Of a DNA stretch of 64,000 nucleotides, positions 25,825-34,898 are shown one piece after another. This DNA is from an uncultured Acidobacteriota bacterium (GTDB taxonomy: Bacteria > Acidobacteriota > Thermoanaerobaculia > Multivoradales > UBA5704): assembly GCA_963770895.1 (NCBI GenBank), contig CAVYRF010000002.1, positions 3,776,001 to 3,840,000 of the forward strand, written 5' to 3'. Made by a program: the position numbers and the translations under genes. How positions within the stretch are numbered: the first letter of the stretch is position 1; each line of letters opens with the position of its first letter. The notes under the pieces were generated by a model, which did not search any database, was not told where the DNA came from, and was given only the letters and a program-made list of their open reading frames with translations.

Positions 25825-26167
25825 GCCGCATGCGCTCCTATGGGACATCTGCCACGCCGCCGACGCGGTGGCAGCGTTCACTCGCGACAAGGGGCTCGCA
25901 GAGTACAAGGAGGATTCGTTCCTCCGCTCAGCGGTCGAGCGCCAGCTGATCATCCTGGGCGAGGCAGTGGCCCAACTGTCGAAACTGGCCCCCGAGCTCG
26001 CCGACCGGATACCGGAGCGCGGCTCGATCATCGCGTTCCGCAATCTCCTCATCCACGGATACGCCACCGTGGTTGACGAGATAGTTTGGGAAGTGGTCGA
26101 GGATGACCTCCCTGCACTCCGCGCCAGCGCCGCACGATGGATCGAGGAGCTGACGCCCGGAACCTGA
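25814..26167 (+). CDS. HEPN/DUF86 RNase toxin (HepT-like)
   Basis: AVERQLIILGEA; FRNLLIHGY Rx4H motif. Confidence 0.88.
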   Translation: MQREPHALLWDICHAADAVAAFTRDKGLAEYKEDSFLRSAVERQLIILGEAVAQLSKLAPELADRIPERGSIIAFRNLLIHGYATVVDEIVWEVVEDDLPALRASAARWIEELTPGT

Positions 26168-26245
26168 CGAGTAAGCAAGCGGCCGATGGTGGGCCTGGGT
26201 GGCCTCGGCGACCTGCGAATGAGCCCTCCCCGTTAGAATGGCGGG

Positions 26246-28372
26246 ATGGCGAAAATTCATCTGTTGCCCGACCCGCTGGTGAGCCAGATCGCGGCCGGCG
26301 AGGTGGTGGAGCGTCCGGCGTCGGTGGTCAAGGAGCTGGTTGAAAACGCTCTGGATGCGGGCGCGGAGCAGGTGGAGGTGCTGCTGGAGGCGGGGGGCAA
26401 GGGGCGGGTGGCGGTGGTGGACGACGGCTGTGGCATGGCTGGCGACGATACGCTGCTGGCGTTCGACCGCCATGCGACCAGCAAGATCGGCAGCTTTTCC
26501 GACCTGGAATGCGTGGGCACGCTGGGCTTCCGGGGCGAGGCCCTGGCCGCCATCTCGTCGGTGGCGCGGGTCGAGCTGACCACGGCCGAGCGGGCGGGCG
26601 ACGGCCATCGGGTGCTGATCGAAGGCGGGCGGGTGCGGGTGGCGGAGCCGTTCGCGCGGCCGCGCGGCACGACTTTGGACGTGCGGTCGCTGTTTTTCAA
26701 CGTGCCGGCGCGGCGCAAGTTCCTGAAGACTCCCGAAAGCGAGCTGCGGCGGTGCCTGGAGGTGGTGCAGGGCTACGCCCTGGCGCGCCCCGACGTGCGC
26801 TGGCGCGTGCTGCATGACGACCGCACGCTGCTGGACCTGCTGCCGGTGGGGGCCGCCGGCCCGCGCCAGCGCATCGCCCAGCTGTTCGGCGCGGAGCTGG
26901 CATCCCGCCTGGTGGCGCTGCCCGAAACGGCACCCGCGGGCGGTGCTGCCACCGGCACCGGCGGCGGCATCGACGACGCCGGCGCCAGTCAGGAGAGCGC
27001 CCTTGCAGCCCTGCCGCAAAGCGGTTCGGCCGCTAGCCTGGATAGCGGTTCGGCCGCTAGCCTGAATGGCGGCTTCGGCGCTAGCCTGAACAGCGCCTTC
27101 GGCGCCGGCAGCGGGGAGCGGATCTGGGGTTGGGTGGGGACGCCGCAGACGGTGCGGGGGCGCCGCCAGTTCGTGTTCGTCAACCGCCGCCTGGTGCGCG
27201 ACCGGGCTGTGCTGGCGGTGTTCTACCGCGCGGTGCGCGACGAATGGCGCAGCGACGAGTATCCGGCTCTCTTCCTGATGCTGGACGTGCCGCCCGAGGA
27301 GGTGGACGTCAACGTCCATCCGCAGAAGGCGGAGGTGCGGTTCCGCGATCCGCGCCTGCTGGAGCGGGTGACCGGCGCTCTGCATGCCGGCCTGGCCCTG
27401 GCGCGCGGCGAGGAGGCGGCGCCGCTGCGCCGGCCCGCCGCGGCGCCGGACGTGCCCTTCGCCTGGCAGGGTCTGGGCGGTCCGCCGCCGCTGGGCCCCG
27501 GCCCCGGCTACGCCCGCCGTTACGGACCCAACGCGCGGTTCGGCCAGGAGCACTGGCCGCCCGCCGGCGCCGCCGCCGGCACCGTGGCGGCACCGACGAC
27601 GCCGTGGGATCCCAGTGGAGCCGGTGCCGTGGGCGGCTCGCTGGGCGCGCCCTCGCTTGCCGGCGAGCCGGCAGCCACGCCGCGTTGGGATGCCGGCGGC
27701 CAGCCTGCTCTCCAGGGCGGCGTCGAGCGGATGGCCGGCGCCAACTACGCACCGCTGCAACGCGCGGCGATTCCGCTGTCCGGGCGGAGCGGCGAGGTGC
27801 GGCCGTTTCGCCTGCTGGGCCAGTACAAGGGGACTCTCATCCTGCTGGAGGGGCCGGATGGCCTCTACCTGATCGACCAGCACGTGGCGCACGAGCGGGT
27901 GCTGTACGAGCGGCTGCGGCGCTCGCTGGCCGCCGCGACGCCGCCGTCGCAGCAGCTGCTCACGCCGCTGCTGCTGGACCTGTCTCCGGCCGAGCGGCTG
28001 GGCTTGGTGGAGCTGGTGCCGCGCCTGGAGGCGTGCGGCTTTGCGCTTGCCGAGCTGTCGGGCCAGACGCTGGCGCTGCAGGCGGTGCCGGCGGTGCTCA
28101 GCGCCGCCGAGGCGGAGGCGCTGCTGGTCGCCCTGGCCGGCGAGGGTGGCGGCGCGACGGCGGACCTGGGGCCGCGCGTCCTGGACGCCCTGGCCGCCAG
28201 CCTGGCGTGCAAGGCGGCCGTCAAGATGCACCACCCGCTGGCGCCGCAGGAGATGGAGGCCCTGGTCGCCGAGCTGTTCGCCGCCGAGCAGCCGTACGCC
28301 TGCCCGCACGGCCGCCCCATCGTGCTGCAGATGACCGACTCCGACCTGGAACGCCGCTTCGGCCGCCGCTGA
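26246..28372 (+). CDS. mutL: DNA mismatch repair protein MutL (endonuclease type)
   Basis: IAAGEVVERPASVVKELVENALDAGA, GFRGEAL, DVNVHP.K; DQHVAHER, ACK and CPHGRP endonuclease motifs. Confidence 0.97.
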   Translation: MAKIHLLPDPLVSQIAAGEVVERPASVVKELVENALDAGAEQVEVLLEAGGKGRVAVVDDGCGMAGDDTLLAFDRHATSKIGSFSDLECVGTLGFRGEALAAISSVARVELTTAERAGDGHRVLIEGGRVRVAEPFARPRGTTLDVRSLFFNVPARRKFLKTPESELRRCLEVVQGYALARPDVRWRVLHDDRTLLDLLPVGAAGPRQRIAQLFGAELASRLVALPETAPAGGAATGTGGGIDDAGASQESALAALPQSGSAASLDSGSAASLNGGFGASLNSAFGAGSGERIWGWVGTPQTVRGRRQFVFVNRRLVRDRAVLAVFYRAVRDEWRSDEYPALFLMLDVPPEEVDVNVHPQKAEVRFRDPRLLERVTGALHAGLALARGEEAAPLRRPAAAPDVPFAWQGLGGPPPLGPGPGYARRYGPNARFGQEHWPPAGAAAGTVAAPTTPWDPSGAGAVGGSLGAPSLAGEPAATPRWDAGGQPALQGGVERMAGANYAPLQRAAIPLSGRSGEVRPFRLLGQYKGTLILLEGPDGLYLIDQHVAHERVLYERLRRSLAAATPPSQQLLTPLLLDLSPAERLGLVELVPRLEACGFALAELSGQTLALQAVPAVLSAAEAEALLVALAGEGGGATADLGPRVLDALAASLACKAAVKMHHPLAPQEMEALVAELFAAEQPYACPHGRPIVLQMTDSDLERRFGRR
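27020..27109 (+). repeat. In-frame 24-bp tandem repeat (~3.7 copies) within mutL
   Basis: AGCGGTTCGGCCGCTAGCCTG(G/A)AT twice plus two degenerate copies; encodes SGSAASLD-SGSAASLN-GGFGASLN-SAFGA. Confidence 0.85.
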
Positions 28373-28445
28373 GGAGGGCGGGCTTGCCGATCTGCTAAAC
28401 TCCCGCCCCGATGGCGCGCTCCAGCGGGCGCGCCAACCGTCGACC

Positions 28446-29828
28446 ATGGCCGAATCCGACCTCCGACCCCCTCACTCGCGGGTGGGGATGATCAGCCTTG
28501 GCTGTGCCAAGAACCTGGTGGACAGCGAGATCATGCTCGGCGAGCTGGCGCGCCAGGGCTACCAGGTGTCGGCCGAGCTGGAGCAGGCGGAAACGGTGGT
28601 GATCAACACCTGCGCCTTCATCGAGGAGGCGAAGCAGGAATCGATCGACACCATCCTGGAAGTGGTGGGCCGCAAGGGACAGGGCGGCGTCAAGCGGGTG
28701 CTGGTGGCCGGCTGCATGGTCAACCGCTACGGCGACGAGCTGGCGCGCGAAATCCCCGAGATCGACGGCTTCGTCGGTCTGGACCAGCTGCGCGACGTGG
28801 GCCGGCTGGTCGAGCTGGGCGGCGGGCCGCCGCTGCCGGCGCCGTCGCACCTGGTCTTCGACCATACGGCGCCGCGGCTGCTCACCACGCGCGGCCACGC
28901 GTATCTGAAGGTGGCCGAGGGGTGCAACAACCCCTGTACGTTTTGCGCCATCCCCATCTGGCGCGGCCGCTTCCGCAGCCGCACGGTGGAGAGCCTGGTC
29001 GCCGAGGCGCAGCAGCTCGAAGCGCAGGGCGTCCTTGAGCTCAACCTGATCGCGCAGGACACCACCCGCTACGGCGAAGACCTGGGGATGCGCCGGCATG
29101 GGCTGCTGCGCCTGGTCGAGGCGCTGCTGGCCGGCACCTCGATCCCCTGGATCCGCTTCCTGTACGCCTATCCGACCACCCTGGACGCGGACCTGCTGCG
29201 GCTGATGGGCGGCGAGCCGCGCTTCTGCTCCTACCTGGACATGCCGCTGCAGCACTCGCACGGCGACATGCTGAGCGCCATGCGGCGCGGCGGCGACGCG
29301 GCGCGCTACCTGCGGCTGCTGGACCTGGCGCGCCAGCTGGTGCCAGACATCGCCCTGCGCTCGACCTTCATCGTCGGCTTTCCGGGCGAAACGGAAGAGC
29401 ATTTCCGGGACCTGGTGGCCTTTGTCGAGCGGGCGCGCTTCGACCACCTGGGCGCCTTCGCCTACAGCCCCGAGCCCGGCACTCCCAGCGCCGAGCTGGG
29501 CGACCGCGTTCCCCGCCACGTGGCCCGGCGCCGGCTGCGCCAGCTGCTTGCCGCGCAGCGGCCGATCGCGCTCGCGGCGCGCCGCCGCCTGTTGGGCCGG
29601 CGGCTGCCCGCCCTGGTCGAGGGGCCGAGCGCCGAAAGCGAGCACCTGCTGGCGGCACGGCTGCAAGGGATGGCGCCTGAGATCGACGGCCAGCTGTTGA
29701 TCAACGACGCTGCCGAGGGCGGCCTGACGGGCACCGGGTCCGGTCCGGTGCTGGCAACGGTCGAGATCACCGAGGCATATCCCAACGACCTGGTCGGCCG
29801 GATCGTGGCCGCTGAGCCGGCGAGCTAG
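28446..29828 (+). CDS. rimO: Ribosomal protein S12 methylthiotransferase RimO
   Basis: SLGCAKNLVDSE, NTCAFI, EGCNNPCTFC radical SAM motif, APEIDG. Confidence 0.95.
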   Translation: MAESDLRPPHSRVGMISLGCAKNLVDSEIMLGELARQGYQVSAELEQAETVVINTCAFIEEAKQESIDTILEVVGRKGQGGVKRVLVAGCMVNRYGDELAREIPEIDGFVGLDQLRDVGRLVELGGGPPLPAPSHLVFDHTAPRLLTTRGHAYLKVAEGCNNPCTFCAIPIWRGRFRSRTVESLVAEAQQLEAQGVLELNLIAQDTTRYGEDLGMRRHGLLRLVEALLAGTSIPWIRFLYAYPTTLDADLLRLMGGEPRFCSYLDMPLQHSHGDMLSAMRRGGDAARYLRLLDLARQLVPDIALRSTFIVGFPGETEEHFRDLVAFVERARFDHLGAFAYSPEPGTPSAELGDRVPRHVARRRLRQLLAAQRPIALAARRRLLGRRLPALVEGPSAESEHLLAARLQGMAPEIDGQLLINDAAEGGLTGTGSGPVLATVEITEAYPNDLVGRIVAAEPAS

Positions 29829-29849
29829 CGAGCTATCGCGCCACCCGCC

Positions 29850-30815
29850 ATGCTCGTCATTCAAGACGCTTACGAAAGCAGCGACCTGCCGCAGGGCGGC
29901 GTGGTCGCGATCGGCAACTTCGACGGCGTGCACCGCGGGCAGCGCGCCCTGCTCGACCGGGTGGCGGCGCGGGCGCGGGAGCTGCAGGCGCCGGCCCTGG
30001 CGGTGACGTTCGATCCGCACCCCCTGGCGGTGTTGCGCCCTGAAGACACGCCGCTCGCCATCACCACGCCGGCGCAAAAGGAGCGGCTGCTGGCGCAGGC
30101 CGGCATCACCGTGCTGCTGGTGGTGCGCTTCAGCCAGGAGTTTGCGCGCACGCCGGCGCGGCGCTTCGTGCGCGAGTTCCTGGCGGAGCGGCTGGCGGTG
30201 CGCGAAGCCTACGTCGGCGACAGCTTCACCTTCGGCCACGCTCGCGAGGGCGACCTGCGGCTGCTCACCACCCTTGGCGCCGAGCTGGGCTTTGTGGCGG
30301 CCGGCATCGACGAGGTGATGCTGCGCGGCGAGCGGATCTCCAGCACGCGCATCCGCCGCGCCATCGCCCTTGGGCGGGTCGAAGAGGCGGCCGAGATGCT
30401 GGGGCGCGCCTATTGCATAACCGGACAGGTGGTGCGCGGCGACCGCATGGGCCAAAAACTGGGCTGGCCCACCATCAACCTGGCGGCGGACCACAAGCTG
30501 CTGCCGGCCGACGGGGTGTACGCCAGCAGGGTGCTGCTGCCTAGCTTTCCGACCAGCTTCGCCAGCGCCACCAACGTGGGGACGCGCCCCACGGTGTATG
30601 AGAACTATCAGCGCGTGGTGGAAAGTCACATCCTCGACTTCAAGGCCGACGTGTACGGTCAGCACGTCGAGGTGGGCTTTCACAAGCGCTTGCGGGAAGA
30701 GCGGATCTTTCCGACGGTGATGGATCTTGCGGCGCAGATCGGGCGCGACGTCGACGCCGCGCGTGACTATTTCAGCCGCCGGCGGCAGGAACAAGACAAC
30801 CCGCCAGCCGGTTAA
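29850..30815 (+). CDS. ribF: Bifunctional riboflavin kinase/FAD synthetase
   Basis: GNFDGVHRG, ISSTRIR, LGWPTIN, NVGTRPT. Confidence 0.96.
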   Translation: MLVIQDAYESSDLPQGGVVAIGNFDGVHRGQRALLDRVAARARELQAPALAVTFDPHPLAVLRPEDTPLAITTPAQKERLLAQAGITVLLVVRFSQEFARTPARRFVREFLAERLAVREAYVGDSFTFGHAREGDLRLLTTLGAELGFVAAGIDEVMLRGERISSTRIRRAIALGRVEEAAEMLGRAYCITGQVVRGDRMGQKLGWPTINLAADHKLLPADGVYASRVLLPSFPTSFASATNVGTRPTVYENYQRVVESHILDFKADVYGQHVEVGFHKRLREERIFPTVMDLAAQIGRDVDAARDYFSRRRQEQDNPPAG

Positions 30816-30838
30816 TCAGGGATGGAGGCTCCAAAACC

Positions 30839-31168
30839 ATGTCCAGCGACAAGATCGTTACGGTGAGCGACGCAACCTTCGAAAAGGAAGTGCTCAACTC
30901 TGAGACGCCGGTGCTGGTGGACTTTTGGGCGACGTGGTGCGGCCCCTGCCGGATGGTGGCGCCGCTGCTCGAAGAGATCGCCGAAGAGATGGACGGCAAG
31001 GTGCGCATCGCCAAGCTGAACGTCGACGAAAACCAGCAGACGGCCTACCAGTTCCAGGTATCCAGCATCCCCACGTTCATCCTGTTCAAGGGCGGCGAGC
31101 TGGCGGACCGCACCCTGGGCGCGATGTCGAAGTCGGCGTTCAGCAGCTTCATCAGCCGCAACCTGTAA
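30839..31168 (+). CDS. trxA: Thioredoxin
   Basis: DFWATWCGPC; GGAGG RBS. Confidence 0.96.
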   Translation: MSSDKIVTVSDATFEKEVLNSETPVLVDFWATWCGPCRMVAPLLEEIAEEMDGKVRIAKLNVDENQQTAYQFQVSSIPTFILFKGGELADRTLGAMSKSAFSSFISRNL

Positions 31169-31236
31169 AGCCGCAGCGGCAACGCACCACTGCCCGCGAC
31201 CTGGCGACCCCGCGATCCCATCGTTCACCCCGGCCC

Positions 31237-32535
31237 ATGCCATCAGCCACGACCGAACCCAGAGCGGTGGAGCTGTCCGCCGCTCTGGGTGAGCTCGACT
31301 GCCAGGCGCTGCTGGTGGTGGCGGAGTCGGCGGGCGACCCCGACCTGGCCGCGTGGCTGGCGGTGCCGGCCCATCTGGGCGCGAGCGTCCTGGTGGCGCC
31401 GCGCGACGGGCCGGCGCGGCTGGCCTACCTGACCGACATGGAACGCGACGAGGCCGCGGCGACGGGCCTGCCGCTGATCACCCCCCAGGAACTGGAGATC
31501 CTGCGCGCCCTGCGCGAGGCGCCGCAGGCGCACGACTATCTGGCGTGGGTCATGGCCCGCGCCCTGGCGGCGGCCGGCGTCGCGCCGGGGCGGGTGGCGC
31601 TGGCCGGGCGGATGCCGGCGGGAGAGATCAGCGCCGCCTGCGCCGCCCTGGCCGCCCAGGGCTGGGTGTGGGTGCCTGGCAACAGCCTCATGCGGCAGGT
31701 GCGCAAGCGCAAGACCGCGACGGAGCTGGCCGCCGTCCGCCTGGCGGCGGCGGCGGCCGTGACCGCCCAGCGCGCCGTCGCCGCGGCGCTGGCGGCGGCC
31801 ACCGGCAAGCCGCCGCAGGGCGGTCTGCCGGCGGCGGGCGGCGAGCTGTGGCTGGGCGGCGAGCGGCTGACGATCGGCCGCCTGCGCGGTGCGGCGTCGG
31901 CGGTGTTCGCAGCCCATGGCATGGAGCAGCCGCGCGGCAATATCGTCGCGGCCGGCGACCAGGGAGGGGTGCCGCATTCGGCCGGCGACGACGCACGCGT
32001 CGTGCGCGCCGGCGAGCCGGTGGTGGTAGACCTCTACCCGCGCACCGCGGGGCGGGGGTACGCGCCGCTCTTTGCCGACTGTACGCGCACGCTGTGCGCC
32101 GGCACGCCGCCGCCGGAGGTGGTCCGCGCCCATGCGGCGGTGCTCGCGACGCTGGCCGCCGCGCGCGCCATGGTGGCGCCGGGAGCGCGTGGCTGGGACC
32201 TGCAGGAGGCGGTCTGCCGCCAGCTGGAAGCAGAAGGGTACGCCACCCCGCTCAACCACCCCGGCGCCGTCACCGGCTACGTGCACAACCTGGGGCACGG
32301 CGTCGGTTTCGAGCTGCACGAGCTGCCCAGCTTCCGCCGCGACACGGGCGCCGAAGGAGTGCTGCGTGCGGGGGACGTCGTCACCCTGGAGCCGGGGCTG
32401 TACGACGCCGCCGCGGGCTATGGCGTGCGCCTCGAAGATCTCTTCCTGGTGGCGGCGGACGGCCCCGAGCTGTTGACGCCGCTGCCCTACGATCTGGACC
32501 CGCGGGCCTGGGGGGAGACGGACGCAGGCGGCTGA
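31237..32535 (+). CDS. M24 (Xaa-Pro) metallopeptidase
   Basis: ADCTRT, HNLGHGVG, HELP, TLEPGLY, GVRLED metal ligands. Confidence 0.9.
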   Translation: MPSATTEPRAVELSAALGELDCQALLVVAESAGDPDLAAWLAVPAHLGASVLVAPRDGPARLAYLTDMERDEAAATGLPLITPQELEILRALREAPQAHDYLAWVMARALAAAGVAPGRVALAGRMPAGEISAACAALAAQGWVWVPGNSLMRQVRKRKTATELAAVRLAAAAAVTAQRAVAAALAAATGKPPQGGLPAAGGELWLGGERLTIGRLRGAASAVFAAHGMEQPRGNIVAAGDQGGVPHSAGDDARVVRAGEPVVVDLYPRTAGRGYAPLFADCTRTLCAGTPPPEVVRAHAAVLATLAAARAMVAPGARGWDLQEAVCRQLEAEGYATPLNHPGAVTGYVHNLGHGVGFELHELPSFRRDTGAEGVLRAGDVVTLEPGLYDAAAGYGVRLEDLFLVAADGPELLTPLPYDLDPRAWGETDAGG

Positions 32536-32616
32536 GCCGCAGGCGGCAGGGCGCCGCTCCGGCGCGGGCGCGCGGGTGCCGGCTTTGCTGTAGCATGGGG
32601 GTGGGAAGGGGGCGCC

Positions 32617-33183
32617 ATGGAGACCTTCACCAGCATCCTGGTCGGGCTCGGACTCGCAGCGGCGTGCGGCTTCCGGGTTTTCGTGCCGCTGCTGATCGCC
32701 GGTCTGGCGGCGCGCTTCGGCGGCATGAGCGTGGCGCACGGCTTTTCCTGGCTTGCCTCGACGCCCGCGCTGGCGGCCTTCGGCGTCGCCACCGCGGTAG
32801 AGATCGTCGGCTACTACGTTCCCTGGATCGACAACCTGCTGGACGCCCTGGCGACGCCGGTCGCGGTCGTCGCCGGCATGCTGCTGATGGCTTCGACGTT
32901 GGTGGACTGCGGGCCCTTCCTGCACTGGACCCTGGCGGTGCTGGCCGGCGGCGGCACGGCGGCGGTGTTCCAGGGACTGACGACGGTGGCGCGGCAGGTG
33001 TCGTCGATCAGCACCGGCGGGCTCGGCAACCCGGTGCTGGCGACCGTCGAAGGCGGCAGCGCGGCGCTGCTTTCGGCGCTGGCGGTGACGGTCCCGATCG
33101 CCGCCCTGGTGCTGATCGGTCTGCTGCTCCTGCTGATCCTTAAACTGCTGCCCCTGCGCCGCGCGGCGGCGCGCCCCACGTAG
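32617..33183 (+). CDS. DUF4126-type membrane protein
   Basis: GLGLAAACGFRVFVP, PWIDNLLD, GGLGNP. Confidence 0.85.
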   Translation: METFTSILVGLGLAAACGFRVFVPLLIAGLAARFGGMSVAHGFSWLASTPALAAFGVATAVEIVGYYVPWIDNLLDALATPVAVVAGMLLMASTLVDCGPFLHWTLAVLAGGGTAAVFQGLTTVARQVSSISTGGLGNPVLATVEGGSAALLSALAVTVPIAALVLIGLLLLLILKLLPLRRAAARPT

Positions 33184-33219
33184 GTTCTGGAAAGCGCGCC
33201 GGCGGCTGAGAAGGCGACG

Positions 33220-34479
33220 ATGTCCTTCGCGAGATCGAACCACCCGGCCGGCGGCGGCACTTTCACCAGGTGGCGGGCGCGTGCGCGATTGCTGGCGCGC
33301 GCCGTCGGCGTGGCCGCCTTTGGGGGGGCGGCCGCGGCGGCGCTCTGTGCCGGCGGTTGCGCCAGCCTCGATCTGCAACACCGGCAGCAGGCGGAGATCA
33401 CGCGGCAGCTGCACGACCGCGGTCTGGACCCGGCGAGCATCGTGGTGCCCTGGCAGATCGACGCCGAGATGCGCGAGTGGGTGCACCAGCAGGTCCCCAA
33501 CCGGGTCTCTCCCGACCAGCGCTTGAGCCGCCTGCTGGCCGCGCTGCTCGACGACGACAACGACGGTGTGGGGCTGGAATACGAAGCAGGCGCCAACGGC
33601 ACGGCGCAGGATGCGTTCGCCAGCGGCAAGGCAAACTGCCTGGCCTTCACCAATCTCTTTGTCGGCATGGCCCGCGAGCTCGACGTGCCGGTGTTCTACC
33701 TCGAAATCGGCGACATCGAAAAGTTCGCGCGCGCGGGCAACCTGGTGGTGCAGTCCGGTCACGTGACCGCCGGCTACGACAGCGGCGGCAAGATCCGCAT
33801 CCTGGACTTCGACCCGGAGGAGCGGCCGAAGTATCGCCAGCTGCACCGGGTGACGGACCTGACGGCGATCGCGCTCTACTACTCCAACCTGGGCGCCCAG
33901 CTGCTGGAGCGCGACCAGGACCGCGAGGCGCTCGGCTGGCTGGACACCGCGGTCCGCCTCGATCCCGAGCTGGCGCGCGCCTGGATCAACCGCGGCGTGG
34001 CGCTGCGCCGCACCGGCGACCTGGTGGCGGCCGAGGCGGCCTATCGGCGGGCGCTGGAGGCGGACCCCAACGCGGTGGCCGGCTATCAGGACCTGGCGGC
34101 GCTGCTGTTCGGCTCGGGCCGCAGCCGCGAAGGCGAGGAGCTGATGGCGCTGTCGGCCCGGCTCGATGCGCGCAACCCGTTCAACCTGCTGTCTTTAGGC
34201 GATCTGTCGGTGGCTCACGGCAGGCTTGACGAGGCGCGCCGCTTCTATCGCAAGGCCGAGCGGCAGGACAACGCCGCGGCGGAGGCGGAAGCCGCCCTGG
34301 GCGAGCTGTCCCTGGCGACCGGCGATCGTGCCGAGGCGCGCCGCTGGCTGCAAAAGGCGCGGTCGCGCGACGCCGCCAACGATCGGGTGCGGCGTCTGGA
34401 AGCGGCGCTCGCCGCCACCAGGAGCGTGGCAAACTCCCCTGCGACGTACTGCGACATCGACCAAGGGACCCTGCTATGA
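33220..34479 (+). CDS. Probable lipoprotein with transglutaminase-like domain and TPRs (start uncertain)
   Basis: AGGC lipobox-like; ANCLAF/GHV/LDF Cys-His-Asp; AWINRGVAL TPRs. Confidence 0.72.
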   Translation: MSFARSNHPAGGGTFTRWRARARLLARAVGVAAFGGAAAAALCAGGCASLDLQHRQQAEITRQLHDRGLDPASIVVPWQIDAEMREWVHQQVPNRVSPDQRLSRLLAALLDDDNDGVGLEYEAGANGTAQDAFASGKANCLAFTNLFVGMARELDVPVFYLEIGDIEKFARAGNLVVQSGHVTAGYDSGGKIRILDFDPEERPKYRQLHRVTDLTAIALYYSNLGAQLLERDQDREALGWLDTAVRLDPELARAWINRGVALRRTGDLVAAEAAYRRALEADPNAVAGYQDLAALLFGSGRSREGEELMALSARLDARNPFNLLSLGDLSVAHGRLDEARRFYRKAERQDNAAAEAEAALGELSLATGDRAEARRWLQKARSRDAANDRVRRLEAALAATRSVANSPATYCDIDQGTLL

Positions 34480-34898
34480 AGAGCCTGACCCGCCACCTGA
34501 CCATGCACGTTCCGGCGCGCATGGATTTTGTCAACATCACCGGCGAGGTGGCGCAGGCCGTCGCGGAGAGCGGCGTGCAGGAAGGGCTGTGCCTGGTCAA
34601 CGCCATGCACATCACCGCCAGCGTCTTCATCAACGACGACGAACCGGGCCTGCACCAGGACTACAAACGCTGGCTGGAGGGGTTGGCCCCCTTCGACCCC
34701 AGCCCCGACCGCTACCGCCACAACCGCACCGGCGAGGACAATGCCGACGCCCACCACAAGCGCCAGGTCATGGGGCGCGAAGTGGTGGTGGCGATCACCA
34801 AGGGACGCCTCGACTTCGGCCCCTGGGAGCAGATCTTTTACGGCGAGTTCGACGGCCATCGCGACAAGCGGGTCCTGATCAAGATCCTTGGCGAATAA
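34476..34898 (+). CDS. YjbQ/UPF0047 family protein
   Basis: [29 protein letters not shown]. Confidence 0.9.
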   Translation: MKSLTRHLTMHVPARMDFVNITGEVAQAVAESGVQEGLCLVNAMHITASVFINDDEPGLHQDYKRWLEGLAPFDPSPDRYRHNRTGEDNADAHHKRQVMGREVVVAITKGRLDFGPWEQIFYGEFDGHRDKRVLIKILGE

